Shown here: piece by piece, positions 1-8,264 of the stretch
How the letters are laid out: every line of letters starts with the position of its first letter
Position numbering within the stretch: the stretch's first letter is position 1
The notes under the pieces: generated by a model
What the model saw: the letters and a program-made list of their open reading frames with translations, nothing else
Database searches by the model: none
What the model was told of the DNA's origin: nothing
Position numbers and translations under genes: made by a program
Origin: an uncultured Candidatus Sumerlaeota bacterium
GTDB lineage: Bacteria; Bacillota; SLNR01
DNA length: 55,307 bases
NCBI GenBank assembly: GCA_964503545.1
Contig: CAZDAI010000001.1
Coordinates: forward strand, 1-55,307
Direction: 5' to 3'

Positions 1-104
1 TCTTCTTTTTGCTTGTTCTTGCCTTTTCGCACTGTTCAGTTGTCAAGGACCAGAATGCTCTCAAAAAGAGATGATGCAATACCTTCCCTCACTTGAGATG
101 CTTT

Positions 105-136
105 ATTATAGTATCATAATCAAAAAGGCTTGTCAA
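105..136 (-). promoter_or_regulatory. sigma-A-type promoter reading leftwards out of the window (candidate rRNA-operon promoter)
   Basis: The minus strand reads TTGACA (136..131) and TATAAT (110..105). An alternative extended -10, TGaTACTAT, sits at 17-nt spacing. The element lies just downstream of the lysS terminator, and there is no convincing ORF to its left. Confidence 0.5.
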
Positions 137-250
137 ACATGAATTTAAGATTAAGCAGTCGTTTTCCCCAGTCCAGCGCTTTAGATAACCCGATTCCAGA
201 GAAGAGCACTTGATGTGCAGGATGCGGGATTCATCGTCCTGATCTAACTG

Positions 251-279
251 AAAAGGAGAGGGTTCATTCACCCTCCCCC
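251..279 (-). terminator. rho-independent terminator of lysS
   Basis: Hairpin GGAGAGGGT/ACCCTCCCC (255..263 / 270..278, one mismatch), followed on the minus strand by TTTT. Confidence 0.6.
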
Positions 280-303
280 TGAAAATGCCGTATCGTTTCG
301 CAG

Positions 304-1785
304 TTATTCTTTGGGCCGCATCTGTGGAAACAGAATGACATCTCGAATCGAAGCAGAATCCGTCAGCAGCATCACCAGCCGGTCAATGCCGATCCCCATG
401 CCGCCAGTCGGAGGAAGACCATACTCCAGAGCCGTTACATAATCTTCATCCATCTGGTGCGCTTCTTCATCACCTTTTTCCCGTTCTGCCATCTGCTGCA
501 TAAAACGGTTCCTCTGATCCACCGGATCATTAAGCTCTGAGAACGCATTGGCCATCTCCCGACCATAGATGAATAACTCAAATCGGTAGGTTAACCGCGG
601 ATCATCTTTCTTCATTTTGGCCAAAGGTGATATCTCTGTGGGATAATCGAGAACGAATGTTGGCTGGACAAGATTCTTCTCAACAAATTCACTCCAGATC
701 TCATCTAGAACCTGAGAGCGAGTCATCTTCGGAGATACATGGATTTTCAGATCCCGGCCAACTTTTCTCGCTTGTTCATCATCATCAATGGTGAAGAAAT
801 CGACCCCGGTATACTTTTTTACCGCATCCAGCATTGTAATCCGATCATATGGCGGAGTAAGGTCAATCTCCTGCCCTTGATAGGTCACTTTGCTGGTCCC
901 CAACACTTTTTGTGCAGCATAATGGATGATTTCCTCTGCTAATCTCATCATATCATCGTAATCTGCATAAGCCTGGTACAGTTCCATCATTGTAAATTCC
1001 GGGTTATGTTTGGTTGAAATGCCCTCATTGCGAAAGTTTCGATTGATTTCATAGACTTTTTCCAAACCACCGACAGTCAGTCTTTTCAGATAGAGCTCAG
1101 GTGCGATGCGTAAATACATCTTCATGTCGAGTGCATTATGATGGGTAACAAATGGCCTTGCAGTAGCCCCCCCTGCGATGGGATGCATCATCGGTGTTTC
1201 AACTTCAAGGAAATTATTCTGGTCCATGAACTGTCGGATCGCCTGAATGATTCGCGTTCGCTTGATGAAGGTATCCCGTACTTCCGGATTAACAATCAGA
1301 TCCAGATACCTTTGCCGATATCGCAGATCCACATCCTTTAATCCATGCCATTTTTCAGGCAGCGGCCGAATCGTTTTTGTCAGCATCGTATATTCTTTCA
1401 CTGCCACGGAGATCTCTCCCCGGCGGGTGCGAAAAACATTACCTTCCACACCAATAATATCTCCGGTGTCAATCAGCCGCATATAGTCATCAAATGCTTC
1501 TTCACCGATGTCATCTTTCCGGAAATAAAGCTGAATCTTTCCGCTCATATCCTGTAGATCCGCAAAAGCCGCCTTGCCGTGTTCTCGCCGGCTCATCAAA
1601 CGCCCGGCGATCCGCACAGTTGTATTCTCATATTCTTCAAAACGTGCCAGGATATCCGCTGCATGAGCATTCCTGATGAATTTATTGCCGTAGGGGTCTA
1701 TACCCTTTTCCCGCAGTTCCTGCCCTTTGGCCATCCGCAGTGCGACTAGCTCATGAATCTCCTGACTGTTGTTTTCATCGGTCAT
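304..1785 (-). CDS. lysS: lysyl-tRNA synthetase (class II)
   Basis: 493-aa ORF with an OB-fold N-terminal region and class II aaRS motifs (..FRNEGIS.., ..GGMGIGIDRLVM..). SD GGAGGG lies 5 nt upstream of the ATG. Confidence 0.97.
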   Translation of the reverse strand: MTDENNSQEIHELVALRMAKGQELREKGIDPYGNKFIRNAHAADILARFEEYENTTVRIAGRLMSRREHGKAAFADLQDMSGKIQLYFRKDDIGEEAFDDYMRLIDTGDIIGVEGNVFRTRRGEISVAVKEYTMLTKTIRPLPEKWHGLKDVDLRYRQRYLDLIVNPEVRDTFIKRTRIIQAIRQFMDQNNFLEVETPMMHPIAGGATARPFVTHHNALDMKMYLRIAPELYLKRLTVGGLEKVYEINRNFRNEGISTKHNPEFTMMELYQAYADYDDMMRLAEEIIHYAAQKVLGTSKVTYQGQEIDLTPPYDRITMLDAVKKYTGVDFFTIDDDEQARKVGRDLKIHVSPKMTRSQVLDEIWSEFVEKNLVQPTFVLDYPTEISPLAKMKKDDPRLTYRFELFIYGREMANAFSELNDPVDQRNRFMQQMAEREKGDEEAHQMDEDYVTALEYGLPPTGGMGIGIDRLVMLLTDSASIRDVILFPQMRPKE

Positions 1786-1811
1786 CGTAAGCCCTCCAGT
1801 TTAACATTTAT

Positions 1812-2288
1812 TCATCGGGCAATTGCCAGTATTTCATACTTCATTAACCCTGCCGGTACATTCACTTCTACTGTACTGCCCGGAGCCAGACCTAAAAGTG
1901 CCTTGCCCACAGGGGATTCGTTGGAAATTTTGCTTTCCTTCGGATTGGCTTCAGCAGAACCAACAATCAGATATTGAAAGATATCGCCCGATTCTACATC
2001 TTTCAACGTAACTTTGCTGCCCACATTCACTTGGGTCGTGCTGACGTCACTGTCATCGATCAAACGGGCTCCGCGAAGCATCTTTTCCAGGGTCAGAATT
2101 CGTCCTTCGATAAAAGCCTGTTCATTCTTCGCATCTTCGTATTCCGAGTTTTCACTGATATCGCCAAATTCTCGTGCCTGTTTGATTCTTTCTGCAACCT
2201 CGCGCCGTTTAACAGTTTTTAAATGTTCTAGTTCGGATTCCAGTTTGAACAGCCCGCCGGCTGTCAGGATAACTTCTTTGTCCGCCAT
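1812..2288 (-). CDS. greA: transcription elongation factor GreA
   Basis: [24 protein letters not shown].. is a typical GreA N-terminus. SD AAAGGAGAG lies 8 nt upstream of the ATG at 2288. The longer ORF reaching 2405 adds a non-conserved extension with no RBS. Confidence 0.93.
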   Translation of the reverse strand: MADKEVILTAGGLFKLESELEHLKTVKRREVAERIKQAREFGDISENSEYEDAKNEQAFIEGRILTLEKMLRGARLIDDSDVSTTQVNVGSKVTLKDVESGDIFQYLIVGSAEANPKESKISNESPVGKALLGLAPGSTVEVNVPAGLMKYEILAIAR

Positions 2289-2333
2289 TTTCTTCGCTCT
2301 CCTTTGCCTGTGCATAAGTTTGTCGGCATGATA

Positions 2334-2362
2334 GAAAAAATAACCGCATTTCTGTGCGGGTT
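2334..2362 (-). terminator. terminator-like attenuator hairpin 2 in the greA leader
   Basis: The minus strand reads AACC(C)GCA-cagaaa-TGCGGTT followed by ATTTTTT, about 50 nt upstream of the greA ATG. Confidence 0.45.
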
Positions 2363-2387
2363 CACGATTCCAGGTTCGCTCATAAAG

Positions 2388-2424
2388 AAAAAACGAAAAC
2401 AGCATATCAGAATTCCACTGATAT
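2388..2424 (-). terminator. terminator-like attenuator hairpin 1 in the greA leader
   Basis: The minus strand reads ATATCAG-tggaatt-CTGATAT followed by GCTGTTTTCGTTTTTT. Confidence 0.4.
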
Positions 2425-2461
2425 CTATTTCCCTAAGCTAACCGATGCAATTATCGATACA

Positions 2462-2491
2462 ATTATAAGACTCTACAGACAATTTTGTCAA
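2462..2491 (-). promoter_or_regulatory. sigma-A-type promoter of greA
   Basis: The minus strand reads TTGACA (2491..2486), an 18-nt spacer, then TATAAT (2467..2462). This implies a 5' leader of roughly 165 nt. Confidence 0.55.
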
Positions 2492-2644
2492 TATCTGGCC
2501 ACCAACTCTCTGCTTTCCGGTTCTTGTTGCATTTTTCCCGTCCGTCATTGCAGTCAGCTTCCTTATTCTATATAAATCCATATACTCCTTTAAAATTAGG
2601 ATTTTTGTCGGGGATCGCTGGTTGGCGTAACGATTTATCAATTT

Positions 2645-2678
2645 AAATAAGTAAGGGGGAGCTGCCTAGCACTCCCCC
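2645..2678 (-). terminator. rho-independent terminator of the 2689..3783 gene
   Basis: 7-bp GC-rich stem GGGGGAG/CTCCCCC (2655..2661 / 2672..2678), followed on the minus strand by the T-rich TTACTTATTT. Confidence 0.6.
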
Positions 2679-2688
2679 TTTGGCCGTT

Positions 2689-3783
2689 CTATCGGTTTTT
2701 ACCTTGGATATCCATCCTGCGCTTTTGAGCATTTTTCTTGATATTCTCAATATCTTCTGGCATCAATGCCTTCTCAAAACTTCGAAATCCTGCCAGTTTG
2801 AAACCGTGTTTGTCTGCCAAAGCTGAGATCTCTTCGATTTGCGCAACAGTCATTTCTCTGCCCAGCGAAAAATTCTCATACCGTCTTTCCAGTGCCAGAA
2901 TCATGGTCTCTGACATACAGGCATATGCATTTTTCGGCGGGAAGCCGAAATTGAAGTTGAATTCAATATCTCCTGGTGGTTCAACGACTCCACCTTCGAT
3001 CACCAGCACATCATTGCGGGTTTCACTGACTGCTTTTGAGACACTGCGAGGCCGAGCAACATCGCAGACGATTGCCCCGGGTTTTAAGTCATCCCCGTCA
3101 ATCAGGGTATCAACAGCACTGCTGACTGCGACAATCACATCGGCTTTTTGCACCGATCCCTTGACATCGGTGGAAACATTAACTGCCGCATCGTACTCTG
3201 TAACAAGTTTTTGTGCCAAGCCTTCTAGGCGAGATTCATCGCGTGCCACAAGGGTTAAATGCCTGCCATCCCTGGCAAGTATCTGTGAGCAGACACTGCC
3301 GATCGCGCCGGTTGCCCCCAAAACAACCACATGAGCCTGATCCATATCAATATCCATGAGTGCAGCGGCTTTTTCAGTGCCCTGCAGGGCTGTGGCAACC
3401 GTATAGCTATTCCCGGTGGTTACTGCAATATTCAAATGCTTGGCCACTGTGATGCCTGCATCACCAACAACCGATGTGAAGGCACCCAGGCCCACAATCT
3501 TCGCTCCCTGTTTTTCAGCAATTTTTCCTGCTTGAATAATACGATTCAGGACAAACTGTAGCGGCAAACTGGTCATTTGTTTTGGTGTAAGGGGCACTGC
3601 AACAAACCAGCCTTCGGCTTCATTGAAGTCAGATTTCAAACCGGTAATGTGAGAAACCTTCAACGGTGGGACCATCTTAAACAGACTTTCAAGAATATGA
3701 TCAGGCAATCTCTTGGCAAAGCCAAACTTCCGTGCAATATCGCGAACAGTAATTGGGTGAAGGATAAATGCATATTTTTCCAT
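2689..3783 (-). CDS. NAD(P)-binding oxidoreductase of the acyl-ACP reductase (AAR)-like family, usually annotated as shikimate/quinate dehydrogenase-like
   Basis: 364 aa. Contains a Rossmann motif (VVVLGATGAIGS) and motifs recalled from cyanobacterial AAR (GLGAFTSVV, TTGNSYT, YACMSE with a conserved Cys, NFSLGRE). Confidence 0.6.
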   Translation of the reverse strand: MEKYAFILHPITVRDIARKFGFAKRLPDHILESLFKMVPPLKVSHITGLKSDFNEAEGWFVAVPLTPKQMTSLPLQFVLNRIIQAGKIAEKQGAKIVGLGAFTSVVGDAGITVAKHLNIAVTTGNSYTVATALQGTEKAAALMDIDMDQAHVVVLGATGAIGSVCSQILARDGRHLTLVARDESRLEGLAQKLVTEYDAAVNVSTDVKGSVQKADVIVAVSSAVDTLIDGDDLKPGAIVCDVARPRSVSKAVSETRNDVLVIEGGVVEPPGDIEFNFNFGFPPKNAYACMSETMILALERRYENFSLGREMTVAQIEEISALADKHGFKLAGFRSFEKALMPEDIENIKKNAQKRRMDIQGKNR

Positions 3784-3801
3784 ATGAAGCTCCTCTCTAA
3801 A

Positions 3802-4704
3802 CTAATTCAAATCTTCGATTCTCGGCGTAAACCCAATCCGATCCAGAAGGTCGGTATAGTCCTCGGCTGACAGGTCTTTGGCGGGTTTATCCGCCAGAGA
3901 GACTAGTACTGCTTCCATTACATTGGTTCCGAATGAGCGGCCATTAAGTTCTGGGGTGGTTGTAATGAGTGTCTTTACGCCACGTTTCCTAAGCTCTTCC
4001 ACATCATCCTTGGTAACGGTATTGGTAATGATAATCTTATCCTTCATATCCATGGGCATATAGCGTCGGATGAAATGAAAATCACCGGCAATGATTTCAT
4101 TCTCATGATAATAGCGGGAATGCTTTGGCTGAACTTTCTCCTGCTTTTCGCCTGTTGGGTAAAGCATTCTAAAAGGTAGCTTGCTGATAATCGGCCCCAG
4201 CACAGCGGCTGTCATATGCAACGTTTTTAACGAGTGCAAAGGGACCGGGCACCCAACGACGAAGATAAGATCGCCAAAAGTCATCTGGCAACCCGCCTCA
4301 GATAAGGCTTCAGCCATGCCGAAACGATCGACTCCACATACCATCAGTACTTTTTTCCCTTTAAGATCAATGATGTTCTCTTCTTGAAGATAGCGAACGA
4401 CCCTTCTTTCCAGGGTATTCTTCAATCCGCTGCCATCCACAATGGGTGTTTTTTTCGCTGCTCGGGCTATGGGTACAGCATCCCGGAGAATGTATCTCTT
4501 TTTACCTGCCCAAACATATAAATCAATCCCGCCCATTCCGAAAGCATCTACATGTCCGTCTAATTCTTCAATAAGTTTAATTGCTTTGGCCTGATCTCCA
4601 TCAGTACCGATTCTTTCAATCCGGACCATCTGACCCAGGATTTCCAGCTCAGCAACACTGTTCCTCTTTGAGGAGCCTAGGCTGACACTAATGACTTTTT
4701 TCAT
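3802..4704 (-). CDS. conserved uncharacterised protein, partner of the AAR-like gene (often auto-annotated as quinate 5-dehydrogenase)
   Basis: 300-aa ORF lying 18 nt upstream of the next gene in the same operon. I recognise no catalytic motif. Confidence 0.5.
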   Translation of the reverse strand: MKKVISVSLGSSKRNSVAELEILGQMVRIERIGTDGDQAKAIKLIEELDGHVDAFGMGGIDLYVWAGKKRYILRDAVPIARAAKKTPIVDGSGLKNTLERRVVRYLQEENIIDLKGKKVLMVCGVDRFGMAEALSEAGCQMTFGDLIFVVGCPVPLHSLKTLHMTAAVLGPIISKLPFRMLYPTGEKQEKVQPKHSRYYHENEIIAGDFHFIRRYMPMDMKDKIIITNTVTKDDVEELRKRGVKTLITTTPELNGRSFGTNVMEAVLVSLADKPAKDLSAEDYTDLLDRIGFTPRIEDLN

Positions 4705-4729
4705 GGAAAGAACCTCCTCGAAAGCCTCG

Positions 4730-5263
4730 TCACTTTTTTACAGTCCTGATGATTTCAATAATCTTATCAGGATCCACATGAACATCACTGCCAAGAGGGG
4801 AATGCCCAATTTCGACACGAATCACTTCTTTATCCAGCAGCCCTTCGACCAAAGCTACACGTTTATTGGAAGCCATTATGATGACAACATCAAAACCGCG
4901 GATTTCGGACAGGATCCGCATGATCTCATCAAATACTTCTAGACCGCTTTTCTCTTGTACAAAACCCCACCGCTCCTTTTCTGTCAGAAGCAGGGTAAAT
5001 TCAACCCCTTCATTTTTTGCAATCTGCTCTATTTCATCCTTGTTGGCGATCGGGAATCCAACCAGCGCGATTCGCTTACCACGCCGGACTTCAGCCAATG
5101 TTTCCAGGCGTGATACAAAGCTCCTGTCAGTACCCAATTCATTTGCGATCTCCTGTTGAGACCAGCCCCGGCTCCGTAAGGCAAATATTTTGTCAACTAC
5201 ATTAATCACTTTGTTTCTGCTGATGATCTTATCGCCAATACGCACAAAATCCATTATCCCCAC
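4730..5263 (-). CDS. HTH transcriptional regulator with a C-terminal alpha/beta domain
   Basis: 177 aa. HTH segment GWSQQEIANELGTDRSFVSRLE. First gene of the 5263..2689 operon. Confidence 0.6.
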   Translation of the reverse strand: MGIMDFVRIGDKIISRNKVINVVDKIFALRSRGWSQQEIANELGTDRSFVSRLETLAEVRRGKRIALVGFPIANKDEIEQIAKNEGVEFTLLLTEKERWGFVQEKSGLEVFDEIMRILSEIRGFDVVIIMASNKRVALVEGLLDKEVIRVEIGHSPLGSDVHVDPDKIIEIIRTVKK

Positions 5264-5381
5264 CTCCCGGCTTTGTGCACATTTTTGTGTCCAAAATAAT
5301 TCTACCAGTCCTACTTCAAGAAAGCAACAAAAAAATGAGACAAATAAAGTCCCATTTTACATGTATGAATCTAGTTTAAAA

Positions 5382-6377
5382 CTAACCTATGTGCCAACCT
5401 GAGCGACTCACCCTGGTAAGTTCTTCTCCAAATGCCACCAGTATACTCTCCATTTCAAGCAGTGTACTGGCATGGTTAATTTTTACCCTCAGTTCTGCAG
5501 CGCCCCGCATTCCACGAATGTACCAGGATGCATGTTTTCTCATTTCCTTAACACCGGTGATCTCTCCCTTATAGTTGACCAGACTGTGCAAATGCAAGAC
5601 TGCTGTGGCTATTCGCCCCGGGATTGACGGAGCAGGCGGGATTCTGCCAGTTTCCAGGTATGTCCGTGCTCGGGAAAAAATCCAGGGATTACCCATAGCC
5701 GCTCGCCCAATCATCACACCGTCGCAGCCAGTCTGTTCCATCATTTTTAGAGTGTCCTCCGGTTCTAAAATATCACCGTTACCAATTACTGGTATTGATA
5801 TCGCTTCCTTCACTCTTGTGATGATATCCCAATCGGATTTTCCACTGTAAAACTGATCCCTTGTCCGACCATGTACAGCAATTGCAGAAGCGCCTGCCTG
5901 CTCTGCAATTTGGGCAATCTGTACTGCATTAATCCGTCCATGATCCCATCCTTTCCGAATTTTTACGGTAACTGGCACTGTCAGTGCATCTGTCAGATTT
6001 CTGATTATGATGCCAACCAGATCTGGATTCAGCATCAGATGGCACCCCTCTTTGTTTCTGGCAATTTTTGGTACAGGACAGCCCATATTTACATCGATAA
6101 TGGCTGCACCTCGCTCGACTGCCATGTGAGCGGCCTCAACAAGGATTTCAGGTTCTTTCCCGAAAATCTGGACGCTTACGGGTTTTTCTTTCTGGTCAAT
6201 ATCGAGAATCCGGTGGGTTTGCTGATTATTATGAATTAGCCCTTGGGCACTGACCATCTCTGTGTAAACCAGCGCAGCGCCATGATCTTTAATGATCTTC
6301 CGAAACGGCAGGTCTGTGACACCCGCCAGCGGCGCCATAATTAACGGATTACTTAGATATACATCACCAATCTTCAT
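5382..6377 (-). CDS. dusB: tRNA-dihydrouridine synthase B
   Basis: 331 aa. Dus family TIM barrel (..APLAGVTDLPFR.., ..DVNMGCPV.., ..VHGRTR..). Conserved position near lysS. Confidence 0.93.
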   Translation of the reverse strand: MKIGDVYLSNPLIMAPLAGVTDLPFRKIIKDHGAALVYTEMVSAQGLIHNNQQTHRILDIDQKEKPVSVQIFGKEPEILVEAAHMAVERGAAIIDVNMGCPVPKIARNKEGCHLMLNPDLVGIIIRNLTDALTVPVTVKIRKGWDHGRINAVQIAQIAEQAGASAIAVHGRTRDQFYSGKSDWDIITRVKEAISIPVIGNGDILEPEDTLKMMEQTGCDGVMIGRAAMGNPWIFSRARTYLETGRIPPAPSIPGRIATAVLHLHSLVNYKGEITGVKEMRKHASWYIRGMRGAAELRVKINHASTLLEMESILVAFGEELTRVSRSGWHIG

Positions 6378-6424
6378 CGGGGATCCCCTCTCCAGTCAGT
6401 TGTCCCTATTTTAGCATAACCACT

Positions 6425-6454
6425 GAAAAAAAGCTCCTGCCAGAGGGCAGGAGC
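6425..6454 (-). terminator. rho-independent terminator after the ferredoxin gene
   Basis: Perfect 9-bp stem GCTCCTGCC/GGCAGGAGC (6433..6441 / 6446..6454), followed on the minus strand by TTTTTTT. Confidence 0.7.
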
Positions 6455-6467
6455 CTTGAATCAGTCA

Positions 6468-6656
6468 TTATTCGATGGAGATCGCACCCATGGGACATCC
6501 GTCAGCTGCAGCTCTCACAGCATCTTCCCATTCACTCTTGATTTCATCCACATAGACTTCACTCTTCCCTGAATCGCCCAGGCGGAAAACTTCTGGACAG
6601 GTTCCGGCACATGCGCCGCAGCCAATACATTCTTCCTGATTAACTTTTGCGATCAT
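6468..6656 (-). CDS. small [4Fe-4S]/[3Fe-4S] ferredoxin
   Basis: 62 aa. CIGCGACAGTCP motif plus a distal Cys-Pro (DGCP). Confidence 0.85.
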   Translation of the reverse strand: MIAKVNQEECIGCGACAGTCPEVFRLGDSGKSEVYVDEIKSEWEDAVRAAADGCPMGAISIE

Positions 6657-6744
6657 CGGTCAGTCTCCTTTCAAATTTTCTATGTCCAGCAGATTTAAAT
6701 CGGGAGCCCAAATTTAGATCAACACCTCAGGCTCTCCTATTCAT

Positions 6745-8196
6745 TTACTCTTGCCATTCCGGAATCGACATGGGTGAGAGGTCTTCCATGCTTCTCCCTG
6801 CTCTATCATATTTTTCTGCTTGCGGCCAGAGCCGATCCAGCGCCTTCTGGAATTGGGATACAATTCTTTCTTCGTCCAGATTTACTGCTTTGCCATTCTC
6901 TACAACAAACTTACCATCAACCATCACTTTATCCACATCTTCACCGCTTGCATTGTACACAATGTTCTTGATCGGATCGCGCAAGGGCGACATCCGCAGT
7001 GTGTCTGCTTTGAAGAATACCATGTCTGCTTTTGCCCCTTTGGCGATTTTCCCGAGATCATCACGGTTTAATGCTTTGGCACCCGTTAGGGTAGCAGCAT
7101 CAAAAACTTGACGGGCTGTGGCAGTGACAGTATCCTGATCATAGATTTTTGAAGCTACGGCTGCAATGCGCATTTCATTGATAAGATCCTGTGGGAATGT
7201 ATCCGTGCCCATGGCTACAGGAATGCCGAGTTTAAGATATCTGGATAGTGATTCAAGAATGATTGAGCGCCGGGCAAACACCCAAGGACAGTGGGCAACA
7301 TAGGCTTTCGACTCTGCCAGAAGCTCTAAATCACGATCACCGGGATACGCTACCGAACTGTGTCCACTGATGAATATACAGTGGCCAATGATCAGATTAC
7401 CGTTGAGAATTCCCAAATCATGCAGCCATTCAATGGGCGTCATGCCATAGCGTTCCATAATTTCACGAAACTCTACCAGTGACTGTGCAGCATGCACCTG
7501 AAGCCTTACGCCAAGCTTTTCTGCCTGTTCTTTGGCCGCAGCAAAAAGTTCAGGCGTACAGGTATCAATCTGGTAGGGGCTCAACATTGAATCAATTCTG
7601 CCATCATATGTGTTCTTCACTTTCCCGATAAAATCTACAGCATATTCCAGCCCCTTCATACCGGCTTCTTCATTCCATTTGTAATGGACTTTCTTACCGT
7701 CTGGAGTATACCAGGCCCCTGACTTAAAGGCGGGCACCACATAGCCTCGCATACCGCTGTCCCCTATGATCTGATGTGCTATCTCAGCATTCTGACGATT
7801 GAGTTCAACTACAGTTGTCGTACCGGTCTTCATCATCTCGGCGGCGGAGAATTCGCCGCACAATCTGAAGTCATCTTCCGTTGCTGCACTGTCCACGGCA
7901 CCATAATCATAAAGAGCACTCATTCCAAACTGGCGACTTCCTGTGTCCTCAAAGAAACTTTTATTGAGCGGGCTGTTCATCATATGCGCATGCACACTGA
8001 TAAATCCAGGTGATATTACATATGAAGAAGCATCAATTACTTTGTCTACGGGTTGGGAATAGTCTTTACCCACATGGATTACCGTGTTGCCTTCAACAAC
8101 AATCACTCCATCCCGAAGCAAGGCATGTTCTTTTCCGTTAAATGCAATGATCCAGCCACCTTTTATCATGGTCTTCTTACCAGCTGTCAAATTCAT
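6745..8196 (-). CDS. metal-dependent amidohydrolase (chlorohydrolase / aminohydrolase family)
   Basis: HxH motif (SVHAH), internal HAAQS, GHCIF and a terminal ..GTD.. The start is set at MNLTAGKK (8196), which is preceded by AGAGAGGAG. The maximal ORF extends to 8256. Confidence 0.8.
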   Translation of the reverse strand: MNLTAGKKTMIKGGWIIAFNGKEHALLRDGVIVVEGNTVIHVGKDYSQPVDKVIDASSYVISPGFISVHAHMMNSPLNKSFFEDTGSRQFGMSALYDYGAVDSAATEDDFRLCGEFSAAEMMKTGTTTVVELNRQNAEIAHQIIGDSGMRGYVVPAFKSGAWYTPDGKKVHYKWNEEAGMKGLEYAVDFIGKVKNTYDGRIDSMLSPYQIDTCTPELFAAAKEQAEKLGVRLQVHAAQSLVEFREIMERYGMTPIEWLHDLGILNGNLIIGHCIFISGHSSVAYPGDRDLELLAESKAYVAHCPWVFARRSIILESLSRYLKLGIPVAMGTDTFPQDLINEMRIAAVASKIYDQDTVTATARQVFDAATLTGAKALNRDDLGKIAKGAKADMVFFKADTLRMSPLRDPIKNIVYNASGEDVDKVMVDGKFVVENGKAVNLDEERIVSQFQKALDRLWPQAEKYDRAGRSMEDLSPMSIPEWQE

Positions 8197-8264
8197 CGCT
8201 CCTCTCTTAATCTCAGGTATGGTAATAATTCGTGCAATGCAAAATTTTCCCTGCATGGATTCCT

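Noticed and set aside
89-271. 60-aa minus-strand ORF downstream of lysS
   Set aside because: It overlaps the lysS terminator hairpin and the strong outward promoter. It has no SD and no recognisable family. The region is better explained as regulatory or leader DNA.
1786-1811. Lysine riboswitch or T-box leader for lysS
   Set aside because: Only 26 nt separate greA and lysS, so lysS is co-transcribed with greA and there is no room for a leader RNA.
1812-2405. Extended 197-aa version of greA
   Set aside because: The extra 39 N-terminal residues are non-conserved, overlap the leader hairpins and lack an RBS. The ATG at 2288 has a strong SD and gives a canonical GreA N-terminus.
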